DNA from: an uncultured Thermoleophilia bacterium
GTDB lineage: Bacteria > Actinomycetota > Thermoleophilia > Gaiellales > Gaiellaceae
NCBI GenBank assembly: GCA_963786185.1
Contig: CAWAYE010000004.1
Coordinates: forward strand, 44,105-108,104
DNA length: 64,000 bases
Reading direction: 5' to 3'
This document shows, in pieces, positions 24,527 to 34,478 of the stretch. A model generated the notes under the pieces. It had not been told where the DNA came from. It ran no database searches and saw only the letters and a program-made list of their open reading frames with translations. Within the stretch, counting starts at the first letter, position 1, and every line of letters begins with the position of its first letter. The translations under genes were made by a program, and so were the position numbers.

Positions 24527-25474
24527 ATGAGCGAGGCGCCCTTCCCGGTTCCGAGCGCGCCGCACCGCCACGCGCGGCTCGGTTACGCGATGGCTGCGAC
24601 CGCTGCGATCCTCTGGGGCGTCAACGGCGCCGTCTCGAAGACGATCCTCGCGACCGGCCTGTCGTCGGAGCGCCTCGCACAGGTGCGCTCGCTCGGAACG
24701 GCAGCCGGGCTGGCGGCGGTCGTGGCGCTGACCGCACCCGGCAGGTTGCGGCTGACCCGGCGCGAGCTGCCATACCTGATCGTGTTCGGCGTCGCGGGTC
24801 TCGCGTTCGTCCAGTGGTTCTACTTCCTCGCGATCCACCGCCTCGCGATCGGCATCGCCCTGCTGATCGAATACCTCGCCCCGCTGCTGGTCGCGCTCTG
24901 GGCCCGGTTCGCCTACCACGAGCCGGTGCGCCGACGGATCTGGTTTGCGCTGGCGCTGTCGCTGTCCGGCCTCGCGCTGATCGTGAACGTGTTCGGCGGC
25001 GGCGTGAGCCTGTCCACCGCCGGCGTCGCCTTCGCGCTCGCCGGCTCGGTCGCGTATGCGCTGTACGTGCTGCTCGCCGAGCACGTGGTCGGAGGACGCG
25101 ATCCGGTCTCGCTCCTCGCCTGGGGCTTCGGGTTCGCCTCGGTGTTCTGGGCGGTGCTGACGCCGTGGTGGTCGTTCCCGGGGCACGCGCTCACGCACAG
25201 GACGTCGCTCGGCGGTCACCTGCACGCGCTGCACCTGCCGGTCTGGGCACTCGCCGCCTGGATGATCGTGCTCGGGACGATGATCCCGTTCTTCCTGCTC
25301 GTCAGCGCACTGCGGCACATCTCCGCGACGCGCGCCGGCATCGTCGCGATGCTCGAGCCGGTCGTCGGCGCGCTCGTCGGCTGGGCCTGGCTGTCGGAGT
25401 CACTCGGCGGTGTACAGCTGCTCGGCGCTGTCGTCGTGCTCGCGGCGATCACGCTGGCCCAGACCGCGCGCTGA
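24527..25474 (+). CDS. EamA/DMT family transporter
   Basis: ATG 24527 lies in ORF 23750..25474. It has about 10 TM helices and a duplicated EamA-like pattern. Confidence 0.85.
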   Translation: MSEAPFPVPSAPHRHARLGYAMAATAAILWGVNGAVSKTILATGLSSERLAQVRSLGTAAGLAAVVALTAPGRLRLTRRELPYLIVFGVAGLAFVQWFYFLAIHRLAIGIALLIEYLAPLLVALWARFAYHEPVRRRIWFALALSLSGLALIVNVFGGGVSLSTAGVAFALAGSVAYALYVLLAEHVVGGRDPVSLLAWGFGFASVFWAVLTPWWSFPGHALTHRTSLGGHLHALHLPVWALAAWMIVLGTMIPFFLLVSALRHISATRAGIVAMLEPVVGALVGWAWLSESLGGVQLLGAVVVLAAITLAQTAR

Positions 25475-26722
25475 CACCGGCGCGGCGCGGCGGACGAGCC
25501 GGCGCAGCAGAAGCGATCCGACGGCGGCGGCCACCGGGACCGCGAGATACCACGCCGAGAAGATCCCGAGTACGAGCGTCGCGCCGAGTGCGATCAGGGC
25601 AGCGGCGCGCACGCGGCCCTCGAGGATCCGCACCGCGGACACGAGCGCCAGCACGTAGACGGCGATGAACAGCGCCGACGTCGCGCGCACGAGCGCCTCT
25701 GTGCTCGCCGCACCCGCGGCGAGCACAGAGAGCACACCGATCACGACCACCGAGATCGCGGCGAGCGGGCGGCGCGGGACGCTGCGGTGCACGTCGCCTC
25801 CGAGCCAGCGCGGCAGCGCTCCCTCGGTCGCGAGCGACGCGGCCAGCTTCGCCGCACCGCCGAGATACACGTTCATCGTTCCCATCGTCAGGGCGACGGC
25901 GAGCACGGCGGTCGCGTCGCGACCCGCACGTCCGAAGCCGACCGAGATCAGGTCGGCGAGCGGCACCCGCGAATCCGTGGCGCTCGTCACGCCGATCGAC
26001 GCGACGGCCAGGCCGAGGTAGAGGACGGTGACGACGGCGAACGCGACGGCGATCGCGCGCGGGAGCTCGCGCTCGGGCTCCCGGAAGTCGCCCGCGAGCT
26101 GCGCGACGCCCTCCCAGCCGACGAACAGCCACACCAGGATGTTCGCGGCGGTGCCGACCGCCCACCAACCGTGGGGTGCGAACGGCGTCCAGTTGTCGCC
26201 GCCGCGCGACGGGAGCGCGACGGCGACCGCGAGCGCGACCACGACGACCAGCAGCGTCGAGAGCGCGAGCTGGAACGCAGCCGAGACGCGGAGGCCGAGC
26301 ACGTTGGCGGTGAGCACCGCCAGGTACATGGCGAAGCCGACCGCGGTGGCAACCACCGTCCCGGAGCCGGTCAACGCCGCGACGTAGTAGCCGCCGATCA
26401 GCGACACGGCCGGCGCCCCGAGCAGGACCGCGGTCAGGAACCAGCCGCCGGTCATCGCCGCCGCGTCCTCGCCCAGGCCCTCGCGCACGTAGGCGGAGAC
26501 GCCGCCCGCCACCGGGTGGCGAACGCCCAGCGCCGCGAACGTGAGCGCGAGCGGGGCGGAGAGGGCGAGCAGGCCGACCCAGGCGACGATCGAGGCGGCG
26601 CCGGCCCGCTGGGCGGCCAGCGCCGGGACGAGCAGGAGACCGGGGCCGATCAGGGCGCCGAGGTAGAGCGCGCTCCCGTGGAGCACGCCGAGCTTGCGCC
26701 CGCCGTCCATGCCCTCGATCAA
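25400..26722 (-). CDS. APC family amino acid permease
   Basis: 440 aa with 12 TM-like segments. The 3' end overlaps the EamA gene by 75 nt in convergent orientation. Confidence 0.85.
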   Translation of the reverse strand: MIEGMDGGRKLGVLHGSALYLGALIGPGLLLVPALAAQRAGAASIVAWVGLLALSAPLALTFAALGVRHPVAGGVSAYVREGLGEDAAAMTGGWFLTAVLLGAPAVSLIGGYYVAALTGSGTVVATAVGFAMYLAVLTANVLGLRVSAAFQLALSTLLVVVVALAVAVALPSRGGDNWTPFAPHGWWAVGTAANILVWLFVGWEGVAQLAGDFREPERELPRAIAVAFAVVTVLYLGLAVASIGVTSATDSRVPLADLISVGFGRAGRDATAVLAVALTMGTMNVYLGGAAKLAASLATEGALPRWLGGDVHRSVPRRPLAAISVVVIGVLSVLAAGAASTEALVRATSALFIAVYVLALVSAVRILEGRVRAAALIALGATLVLGIFSAWYLAVPVAAAVGSLLLRRLVRRAAPVSARGLGQRDRREHDDSAEQLYTAE

Positions 26723-26750
26723 CGACCGGAGGCCGCCGGAACGTCCCGGG

Positions 26751-27047
26751 TCAGCGCAGGCGGTCGGCGAACGGCTCGAGTTCGTGCGCGTGCAGGCCGA
26801 TGTCGCCGGCCTCGAGCGCGGCGCGCACCTCGCGGGCCAGAGCCTCGCCCTGCGAGACCTCGTCCGGCTCGAGCACCGTGGAGACGCTCGCGAGCACCGA
26901 CCGTCCTTCCCGCAGCTGTACGTCGACGGTCGTCAGCTGCGACTTGTCGTCGATGTACGGGTCGTCCGGGACCCCGACCCACACCGTCACCGTGCCGCCG
27001 CCCGGAAGGGCGACGTGCTCGACGGCGGGAGATGTGCGGAGGCTCAT
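26751..27047 (-). CDS. Hypothetical protein (98 aa)
   Basis: ORF 26751..27125, with an internal ATG at 27047 (MSLRTSPAVEHV..). GC3 is high and no motif was recognised. Confidence 0.5.
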   Translation of the reverse strand: MSLRTSPAVEHVALPGGGTVTVWVGVPDDPYIDDKSQLTTVDVQLREGRSVLASVSTVLEPDEVSQGEALAREVRAALEAGDIGLHAHELEPFADRLR

Positions 27048-27091
27048 GGAGAGAACGTAACAACGTCCGGCGGTGGCGGGATGCTTGAGGC

Positions 27092-28174
27092 GTGACGCCC
27101 GTGCGTGTGATCGACCTGCGGCCACGTACGGTCCTCCGCACGATCATGATCGCGCTCGGCGTCGCGCTGGTGCTGATCGTGATCTGGACGGCGCGCCACG
27201 TGATCTCCTGGATCGTGATCGCGCTGTTCCTCGCGCTCGCCCTCGACCCGCTCGTGTCGTTGATCGAGCGGCGCACGCGCCTCGCGCGCGGCCTCTCGAT
27301 CGCACTCGCCTACCTGATCGTGCTGGTCGCGATCGTGGGGATCGGCGCCAGCTTCATCCCGAAGCTCGTCGACGAGGTGAACGGCTTCGTCCAGGCCCTG
27401 CCGGACTACGTCCACGACGTGACGCACGGACGCGGGCGGCTCGGCTTCCTCGAGACCAAGTACCACGTCGTCGAGAAGGTGCGCGAGCAGGTGAAGAACG
27501 GAGGAGCGAAGCGCGTGCTCGGCCTGTCGGGCGTCGCGCTCTCGATCACGAAGAGCATCATCACGATCGTCGCCGCGACGGTCACGATCGTCTTCCTGAC
27601 GTTCTTCATGCTCCTCGAAGGGCGGACGTGGGCCGACCGCTTCTACTCGCTCCTCCCGGAGAGCTCGCAGCCCCGCTGGCGCAAGGTCGGGCACGACATC
27701 TATCGCACGGTCGGCGGCTACGTCACCGGCAACCTCCTGATCAGCCTGATCGCAGGCGGCTCGATCACGGTCGTGCTGCTGATCATGGGTGTGCCGTACG
27801 CGGTGGCGCTCGGCCTGCTCGTCGCCGTCCTCGACCTGATCCCGCTGGCCGGCGCGACGATCGCCGGCGTGATCGTCGCGATCGTCGCCTTCCTGCACTC
27901 CGTGCCGGCGGGAATCGTCGCGGTCACCTTCTTCGTCCTCTACCAGCAGCTCGAGAACCACTTCCTGCAGCCGGTCATCTACGGCCGCACCGTCGAGCTC
28001 TCGCCGCTCGTCGTGCTGATGTCCGTGCTCGTCGGCGCCGAGCTCGGCGGCATCCTCGGCGCCCTGGCGGCGATCCCGGTGGCCGGCGCGATCCAGGTCG
28101 TCGTGCGCGATCAGCTGGCGTACCGGCGGGCGGCCTCGGCCCCGGTGCCGGAGCCCGCGGCCCCCGACCCGTAG
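27092..28174 (+). CDS. AI-2E family transporter (PerM/YhhT, UPF0118)
   Basis: 360 aa with the typical TM layout and motifs GNLLISLI..LDLIPLAG..QQLENHFLQPVIYG. Confidence 0.88.
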   Translation: MTPVRVIDLRPRTVLRTIMIALGVALVLIVIWTARHVISWIVIALFLALALDPLVSLIERRTRLARGLSIALAYLIVLVAIVGIGASFIPKLVDEVNGFVQALPDYVHDVTHGRGRLGFLETKYHVVEKVREQVKNGGAKRVLGLSGVALSITKSIITIVAATVTIVFLTFFMLLEGRTWADRFYSLLPESSQPRWRKVGHDIYRTVGGYVTGNLLISLIAGGSITVVLLIMGVPYAVALGLLVAVLDLIPLAGATIAGVIVAIVAFLHSVPAGIVAVTFFVLYQQLENHFLQPVIYGRTVELSPLVVLMSVLVGAELGGILGALAAIPVAGAIQVVVRDQLAYRRAASAPVPEPAAPDP

Positions 28175-28238
28175 GCGACTAGGCCAAGCCCCCCGAACGG
28201 GCGATGCGCACGGCCCTCACGCGCCCATCCTGAGACCG

Positions 28239-28769
28239 GTGATTGCGCGGGTGCTCAGGCTTGCCTTGTTCGTGTCTCTCGTGGGCGTCTTGTTCGTGCC
28301 CGCGGCGCTGCCTGCCCCCGTCCGGCATCAGCAGGGAGTCTCGATGCTCGACGCCGGCGTGCTGGGTGGCCTGAACGCGATTCGCACGGCGCACGGGCTC
28401 AAGCCGCTTCGGCTGAGCACGAGCCTCTCGGCGGCGGCCGCGTTCCACTCGCGCGAGCTCGCGTCCGACGGCTACTTCTCCCACGACTCGGCCGGGGGTG
28501 GGGCGTTCTGGAAGCGGATCGAGCGCTGGTATGCGCCCGTCCCGCAGGGCAGCTGGACGGTGGGTGAGAACCTGCTCTGGCAGTCCCCGAGCGTGAACGC
28601 GTCCCAGGCGCTCGCCGCGTGGATGAAGTCGCCGGAGCACAAGGCGAACATCCTGAGCCCGGACTGGCGCGAGATCGGCATCGCAGCCGTGCACGTCGAG
28701 AGCGCAGGCGGCGTCTACGGCGGCCGTCCGGTCACGATCATCACCACCGACTTCGGCGCGAGAACCTAG
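28239..28769 (+). CDS. Secreted CAP/SCP (PR-1-like) domain protein
   Basis: 176 aa with a signal peptide. It contains LN..R...GL.PL, GYFSHDS, GENLLW and WM.SP.H..NIL. Confidence 0.8.
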   Translation: MIARVLRLALFVSLVGVLFVPAALPAPVRHQQGVSMLDAGVLGGLNAIRTAHGLKPLRLSTSLSAAAAFHSRELASDGYFSHDSAGGGAFWKRIERWYAPVPQGSWTVGENLLWQSPSVNASQALAAWMKSPEHKANILSPDWREIGIAAVHVESAGGVYGGRPVTIITTDFGART

Positions 28770-28802
28770 AAGCGGCCCCTCCCGGGGCTACGCTTCGGCC
28801 AC

Positions 28803-28874
28803 GCGCCCGTAGCTCAGTGGAAGAGCGGCGGCCTTCTAAGCCGTTGGTCGGGGGTTCGAATCCTCCCGGGCGCA
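28803..28874 (+). tRNA. tRNA-Arg (anticodon UCU)
   Basis: Acceptor GCGCCCG/CGGGCGC, anticodon loop CTTCTAA, T-loop TTCGAAT. Confidence 0.88.
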
Positions 28875-28970
28875 CTACTACTGCTCTGCTACCCGGACGA
28901 CGCTGCGAGCGCCCCCGCTCGTAACCTCTCCGACCTGGCTCGGCGGGAACTGTGAGTAGGGTCACGGCGA

Positions 28971-30224
28971 ATGACGCGCAAGCGGCTGGTGGTCGGCCTC
29001 TCTCTCCTCCTGCTCCTCGTCGTCGGCGTTGTGGCCGCGTACGTGGTCGTGAAGCGGGTGGCGGGCAGGAACGTGAAGGGCTCGTCGACGATCGAGTTCG
29101 TCTCGACGGAGGCACCCAAACCGAAGCCGCCGCCGCTGCCGGGCGTGGAGTGGCCGCTGTACGGCTTCGACGCGACCCGTGATCGCGTCTCCCCGTACGC
29201 ACACCGGCCGCCGTACCGGCAGCTGTGGCTGTTCCGCGCTCACTCGCTGATCGAGTTTCCGCCCGTCGTCGCCTACGGTCGGGTGTACTTCGCGAACAAC
29301 GACGGCGTTCTCTTCGCCGTCGACGCCGCGACCGGGAAGGAGGCGTGGCACTTCGACTCCGGCCGGGTGCAGGCGGCGAGCCCTGCCGTCGGTGCGAGGA
29401 TCGTCTTCCATACCTTCCTGTACCGGCGCACGCCCGGCAAACGCCGCGACGGCGAGATCGTCGCCCTGGCGGCCGCGACCGGGAAGGTGCTCTGGCGGCA
29501 CGTGTTGCCCGGCCCGTCCGAGTCGTCGCCGCTCCTGCTCCGCGGCAGGGTCTATGTCGGGGACTGGAGCGGCCGGATCTCCTGCTTCGACGCGCGCACC
29601 GGCCGGACGATCTGGACCGCGCAAACCGGCGGGGCGGTGAAGGCGGCGGTGTCCGCTGCCGGAGGGAAGCTCTACGTCGGCTCGTACGACCACCATCTCT
29701 ATGCGCTCTCGGCGGCAACTGGCAAGCAGCTCTGGCGGGCTTCGGTGCAGACGCGCCTCGGCACGCCCGGGCGGTTCTACTCGTCGGCGGCGGTCGCCTA
29801 CGGTCGCGTCTACGTCGGCGGCACGGACGGACGCGTCTACTCGTACGGCGCCACGACGGGTTCCCTTCGCTGGTCGCACCAGACCGGCGGGTACGTGTAC
29901 GCGTCCCCGGCCGTATGGCAGGACCGCGTGCTCGTCGGTTCCTACGACCGGCGGTTCTACGCGCTGGACGCGGCAACCGGCTCGGTGCTGTGGCAATACG
30001 TCGCCGGCGGCAGGATCTCGGGCTCCGCGACAGTCGTGGACGGACTCGTCTACTTCTCGACGCTCGAGGGTCGCACGATCGCGCTGAACGCGCGCGACGG
30101 CAAGCTCGTCTGGTCGTTCCGCGACGGCCAGTACACGCCTGTCGTCACCGACCGGAAGCACCTCTACCTCGTCGGCGGCGCGACGGTACGTGCTCTCGTC
30201 AGCCGAGCGCGGCCCGGTCGATGA
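28971..30224 (+). CDS. PQQ-like beta-propeller repeat protein, N-terminally membrane-anchored
   Basis: 417 aa with one N-terminal TM helix. Motifs of the type G.VY.G..DG.LYALDA.TGK..W recur. Confidence 0.8.
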   Translation: MTRKRLVVGLSLLLLLVVGVVAAYVVVKRVAGRNVKGSSTIEFVSTEAPKPKPPPLPGVEWPLYGFDATRDRVSPYAHRPPYRQLWLFRAHSLIEFPPVVAYGRVYFANNDGVLFAVDAATGKEAWHFDSGRVQAASPAVGARIVFHTFLYRRTPGKRRDGEIVALAAATGKVLWRHVLPGPSESSPLLLRGRVYVGDWSGRISCFDARTGRTIWTAQTGGAVKAAVSAAGGKLYVGSYDHHLYALSAATGKQLWRASVQTRLGTPGRFYSSAAVAYGRVYVGGTDGRVYSYGATTGSLRWSHQTGGYVYASPAVWQDRVLVGSYDRRFYALDAATGSVLWQYVAGGRISGSATVVDGLVYFSTLEGRTIALNARDGKLVWSFRDGQYTPVVTDRKHLYLVGGATVRALVSRARPGR

Positions 30225-31746
30225 CGACGAGCGTACGCGGCCAACGGTCGGCCGGCGTGGTCACGCCCCAGGCGCGCCGGACCCGGATCCCGAGCTCGAT
30301 CAGGTGCCTGGGCCCGAGAGCCGCGCGGGACGTGACGACGAGCAGCTCGGGGCCGATGCGGATCGGCGAGACGAGGGAGACGGCACGAAGGTGTCGCTCG
30401 GCCGCACGCACCCGCCGCCTCGGCCCGCGGAACACCCAGACACCCCGCAGCTCGCTCGACCCGGCGAGGAACGCGCGGACGTTCCGGTCTCCCTTCGCGA
30501 CGAGCCCCGACTCGTAGCGCGGGTCGATCGCCGGCAGCTCCTCGACCCGGTTCAGGCGTCCCGTCTCGAGCGCGATGAAGTCGTCCAACAGCTCCGGTGG
30601 GCGGCTCGCGGGAGCGCCGGTCGAGGAGAACAGGACCTCGTCGTGAGCGATGGTCGGCAAGGCCCGCAGGTCGAGGTCGTAGAGCGCGCGCACGCGGTCG
30701 ACGTCCGCTCTCACCTCGAGCGCAAGCGCGACGAGAACGAGACCGACGATCACGGCCCGGTACCGGCCGAGCAGCCGGCAGCCGGCCACCACGAGCACGA
30801 GGAACGCCGGCAGGGCCGGCAGGAGATACCTGCCGAAGAAGCGCGTCTGGGCGGGAACGACGGAGAAGAACGCGATCGGCAGCACGACCCACACGGCGAG
30901 CAGCAGCGTCGCCCGTGGGTGTTCTCGCCGGAGCTGCAGGGCACCGACGAGCGCGAAGAGCACGAACACACCCAACCCGAGCAGGCCCGGTGGTGAGAGC
31001 GAGCGCAGCGACTCCTCGGCGACCGTGCGCCCCGCCGTGGTCGAGACCGGCCCCGCCTCACCGACCCCGTAGCGAGACCGGAGAACCGCCAGGGCGTAGA
31101 CGTACGGCGCGCCGACGACCGCCGCGGCCGCGATCGCCGGTCGCAGCTCGCGAAGACCCTCTCGGAGCGGCCTGTCGGTGACGACGACACCGCACGCGAG
31201 TGCGGGCGCCGCGTAGAGCGGCGCGATCGGGTGAACGTAGACGAGGCCGGCGCCGAGCGCGCCGGCGGCGACCCACCACCCGCGCCGACCACGACGACCT
31301 GCCTCGATCGCGACCAGCGACGCGACCAGGACGAGCAGCAGGAAGAGCGCATACATACGGGCGAACGTGGCGAGACCGACTGCGAGCGGCGCGGCGGCGA
31401 GCAGCAGCGGCACGGCGACCGCCTCGGCCGGCCCGCCGAGCCGCCGCGCCAGGAGTCCCGCGCAGGGCAGCGCGAGCAGGAAGAACACGAGCGAGGGCAC
31501 GCGCAGACCCACCGGGCCGCCCGGCCAGGCCAGCGTCACGCGTTCGACGATGAACTGCGCCGGAGCGCCGCCGCGGTCGATGAAGACGTTCCGGACGATC
31601 CCGAAGACCGAGCCGCGGGAGAACTCGAGCATGATCCGCTCGTCGAGGTGGAGCGGCTCCCACCACACCGCCGGAAGACAGACGGACGCCGCGAGCACGG
31701 CCGCAACCGACCAGACGGCCGCCTCGATCCTCGTGAGTCGCGGCAC
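30199..31746 (-). CDS. GT-C fold membrane glycosyltransferase (GT39/GT83, ArnT/PMT-like)
   Basis: 515 aa. It has a polytopic N-terminal region of about 330 aa with an early DE motif (HLDERIM), followed by a soluble C-terminal domain. Confidence 0.6.
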   Translation of the reverse strand: MPRLTRIEAAVWSVAAVLAASVCLPAVWWEPLHLDERIMLEFSRGSVFGIVRNVFIDRGGAPAQFIVERVTLAWPGGPVGLRVPSLVFFLLALPCAGLLARRLGGPAEAVAVPLLLAAAPLAVGLATFARMYALFLLLVLVASLVAIEAGRRGRRGWWVAAGALGAGLVYVHPIAPLYAAPALACGVVVTDRPLREGLRELRPAIAAAAVVGAPYVYALAVLRSRYGVGEAGPVSTTAGRTVAEESLRSLSPPGLLGLGVFVLFALVGALQLRREHPRATLLLAVWVVLPIAFFSVVPAQTRFFGRYLLPALPAFLVLVVAGCRLLGRYRAVIVGLVLVALALEVRADVDRVRALYDLDLRALPTIAHDEVLFSSTGAPASRPPELLDDFIALETGRLNRVEELPAIDPRYESGLVAKGDRNVRAFLAGSSELRGVWVFRGPRRRVRAAERHLRAVSLVSPIRIGPELLVVTSRAALGPRHLIELGIRVRRAWGVTTPADRWPRTLVVIDRAALG

Positions 31747-31816
31747 GAGCGCGATTATCGCCCGAGGCGCGTCGCTTCAGCTTCCGGGCCGCGATGTCGA
31801 TATTCGAAGGGACATC

Positions 31817-33010
31817 GTGAGCCCCTGGCTGTCCTCGTACACGGTCGCGCTCGGCGCGCTCGTCCTCCTCTGGGTGGGCGTCTCGGCGTACGTCGTCGTC
31901 ACCCGGGCGCTCTTCGACCTGGCCGGCCTCTCGTTCCACACGGCGCGGCGCGTCCTCGACCGCCGGCTCGCGCGCGGGCTGCCGCCCGACGAGGCGCTCG
32001 CGCGCCTGCCGCGGCGGACGCTCGCGGGGATCGCCGCCGACGCCTCGACGCCGCCCGCGCTCGCGCAGGCGGCGGCCCGGCGGCTGCTGGCGAAGCGGCG
32101 CGGCCGGATCGTCAACCAGGCCCGCTCGCATCGCAGCGACACGGACAAGTGGAAGCGGCTGTCCGCGCTTCGCATCCTCTCGCTCGGCGACACGAAGACC
32201 GCAAAGCCGACGCTTGCACGCGCTCTGCGCGACCGCGACCTCGACGTCGTCGGCGGCGCGGTGTCGATCCTCGGTGCGCGCGCCGATCTCGGCAGCGCGA
32301 AGATGCTCGTGCAGGCGCTCTGCGAGGGGCGCTACTCGCGCTCGCGGATCGCCGCGCAGCTCGACGCATTCGCGCTGCCGATCAGCGACCTGCTGCGACC
32401 GTTGCTCGAGAGCTCCGACCCGGCGATCCGGCAATGGGGCGCGACGCTCCTCTCCCGCTACCCGCAGCCGGAGATCGAGCTCGAGCTCGCGATGCTCATC
32501 GTCGACGACGATCCGCAGGTCCGTGCGGCCGTGCTGAAGAGCCTTGCTCGCAACGAAAGCCGCTTCGCAACGCCGGTTGCACTGAACGCGCTCTCCGACC
32601 CTGTCTGGTTCGTGCGCGTGCACGCCGCCCGCGCGCTCGGGAAGCTCGGCGCGGCCGACGTCGCACCCGAGATCGTGACGCTGCTCGCCGATCCGAAGTG
32701 GTGGGTCCGGACGGCGGCGAAGGAATCGCTGCAGGAGCTCGGCACGGAAGCGGCGCCGGCGGTGATGCAGTCGCTGAAGAGCGACGACGCCTTCGTGCGC
32801 AACGGCGCCGCCGAGGTGCTGCAGAACATCGGCGTCGTCGACGAGCTGATCAAGCGTCTCGACAACTCGCCGCGCGACGAGCTCGCGCTCCGTACGCTGC
32901 GCTCGATCCTCGAGGGCGGCGGACAGACGATCGCGACCGCAGCCGTCCGTCGCGCGACCTCGTCGGGCGCGAACCGTGCGGCCGAGCTGCTCGAAGAGCT
33001 CGCTCAGTAG
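31817..33010 (+). CDS. Membrane-anchored HEAT-repeat (PBS lyase-like) protein
   Basis: GTG 31817 is preceded by GAAGGGA. It has one N-terminal TM helix and repeated D..VR..A..(A/S)L..LG units (DPQVRAAVLKSL, DPVWFVRVHAARALGKLG, DPKWWVRTAAKESLQELG, DDAFVRNGAAEVL). Confidence 0.8.
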   Translation: MSPWLSSYTVALGALVLLWVGVSAYVVVTRALFDLAGLSFHTARRVLDRRLARGLPPDEALARLPRRTLAGIAADASTPPALAQAAARRLLAKRRGRIVNQARSHRSDTDKWKRLSALRILSLGDTKTAKPTLARALRDRDLDVVGGAVSILGARADLGSAKMLVQALCEGRYSRSRIAAQLDAFALPISDLLRPLLESSDPAIRQWGATLLSRYPQPEIELELAMLIVDDDPQVRAAVLKSLARNESRFATPVALNALSDPVWFVRVHAARALGKLGAADVAPEIVTLLADPKWWVRTAAKESLQELGTEAAPAVMQSLKSDDAFVRNGAAEVLQNIGVVDELIKRLDNSPRDELALRTLRSILEGGGQTIATAAVRRATSSGANRAAELLEELAQ

Positions 33011-33015
33011 ACGCC

Positions 33016-34473
33016 ATGCGGGACGCCGTCCTCATCGGCACGCTGATCTGCCTCGGCTACATGCTCGCCGTGTTCGGGATGTCGGCGGTCGTGCTGATCA
33101 TCTCGGCGCTCGACAACGCGATCCGCAGCCGCGAGACCCTCGCCGAGAACTTCGACGTGCTCGTCCACTCCCGCTTCACGCCGCCGGTCAGCGTGATCGT
33201 CCCCGCGTACAACGAAGAGGGGATGATCATGATCTCCGTGCAGTCGGTGCTCGACTTCGACTATCCGGAGTTGGAGGTGCTGATCGTCGACGACGGATCG
33301 ACCGACCGGACGTTCGAGGTGCTCGAGCACGAGCTCGACCTCGAGCCTTTCGGCTACTACGAGCGCCGCATCGTCGAGTGCGCACCGGTCACCGGCGTGT
33401 ACCGGAGCCGGACGTTCGAGCACGTGAAGGTGATCCGCAAGGAGAACCAAGGGACGAAGGCCGACGCGAGCAATTGCGGCCTCAACTACGCGCGTTACCG
33501 GTACGTGCTTCTGCTCGACGGCGACACGATCTACGAGCCCGACGCGCTCCTGAACTGCATGCGGCTGATGGCGAGTGACCCGGCGCGGGTGATCGGGATC
33601 ACCGGCCACATCTCGGTCGCGTCACACCCCGAGACGACGGTCGGCGCGCGCGGCGAGGATCGCGAACTGATCGACCGGACGCTGCTGAGCAACTTCCAGC
33701 ACATCGAGTACCTGCGGTCGTTCCTGAACACGCGGCTCGGGTGGAGCCGCCTCGGGTTCATGATGTGCGTCAGCGGTGCGTTCGGCCTCTGGCGGCGGGA
33801 CGTGGTCGAGGAGGTCGGCGGCTTGTCGAAGGACTTCAGCTGCGAGGACATCGAGCTGACCTTCCGCGTGCACGAGCACATGCGCCGCACGAACACGCCT
33901 TACAAGATCCTCTCGATCCCGGAGATGGTCGCGCGGACCGAGGCGCCGGGCCGGATCAAGGCGCTCGTCTCGCAGCGAACGCGCTGGCAGCGCGTGACCC
34001 TCGAGACGTTCTGGCACTACCGGAAGATGATTCTCAACCCGCGCTACGGCTTCGTCGGCCTGGTGGGGATCCCCGTGATGCTGCTCAGCGAGGCGCTCGG
34101 CCTCGTGTTCGAGCTCGTCGGCTTCGCGACGCTCGTCGCCGGGATGGTGATGGGCATCTTCTCCTGGCAGGCCTACATCATCTTCTTCACGTCGATGTCG
34201 TTCGGCCTTGCGGTGCTGACGAGCGCGGCGATCCTGATGGAGGACATCTCGACACGGGCGTACCGCCTGCGCCACCTGGTGCGACTGCTCGCGCTCGGGC
34301 CGCTCGAACTGTTCTTCTACCGGCCCATCCTGATGTGGTCGCGCTACCGCGGCGCGATCGGCTTCTTCCGAAACGACAAGGGCTGGGACAAGTTCGACCG
34401 GAACGAGCGGAGCGACTCGGCTCACGCGCCGGCCCGGCTCGAGCCACCGCGCAGCGCCTCGCACGCCGCCTGA
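33016..34473 (+). CDS. Processive family 2 glycosyltransferase (PgaC/IcaA/cellulose-synthase-like polysaccharide synthase)
   Basis: ATG 33016 lies 6 nt after the HEAT gene stop. It has VDDGSTD, LLLDGDT, CEDIELT and QRTRWQR (QxxRW) motifs and flanking TM helices. Confidence 0.9.
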   Translation: MRDAVLIGTLICLGYMLAVFGMSAVVLIISALDNAIRSRETLAENFDVLVHSRFTPPVSVIVPAYNEEGMIMISVQSVLDFDYPELEVLIVDDGSTDRTFEVLEHELDLEPFGYYERRIVECAPVTGVYRSRTFEHVKVIRKENQGTKADASNCGLNYARYRYVLLLDGDTIYEPDALLNCMRLMASDPARVIGITGHISVASHPETTVGARGEDRELIDRTLLSNFQHIEYLRSFLNTRLGWSRLGFMMCVSGAFGLWRRDVVEEVGGLSKDFSCEDIELTFRVHEHMRRTNTPYKILSIPEMVARTEAPGRIKALVSQRTRWQRVTLETFWHYRKMILNPRYGFVGLVGIPVMLLSEALGLVFELVGFATLVAGMVMGIFSWQAYIIFFTSMSFGLAVLTSAAILMEDISTRAYRLRHLVRLLALGPLELFFYRPILMWSRYRGAIGFFRNDKGWDKFDRNERSDSAHAPARLEPPRSASHAA

Positions 34474-34478
34474 TCCGC

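Noticed and set aside
25400-25474. The 75-nt convergent overlap of the EamA and APC permease genes, along with smaller 3' overlaps at 9240-9263, 30199-30224 and 58109-58127, as possible antisense regulation.
   Set aside because: Such 3'-3' overlaps are common in compact GC-rich genomes, where stop codons are rare. Nothing in the sequence indicates a specific function.
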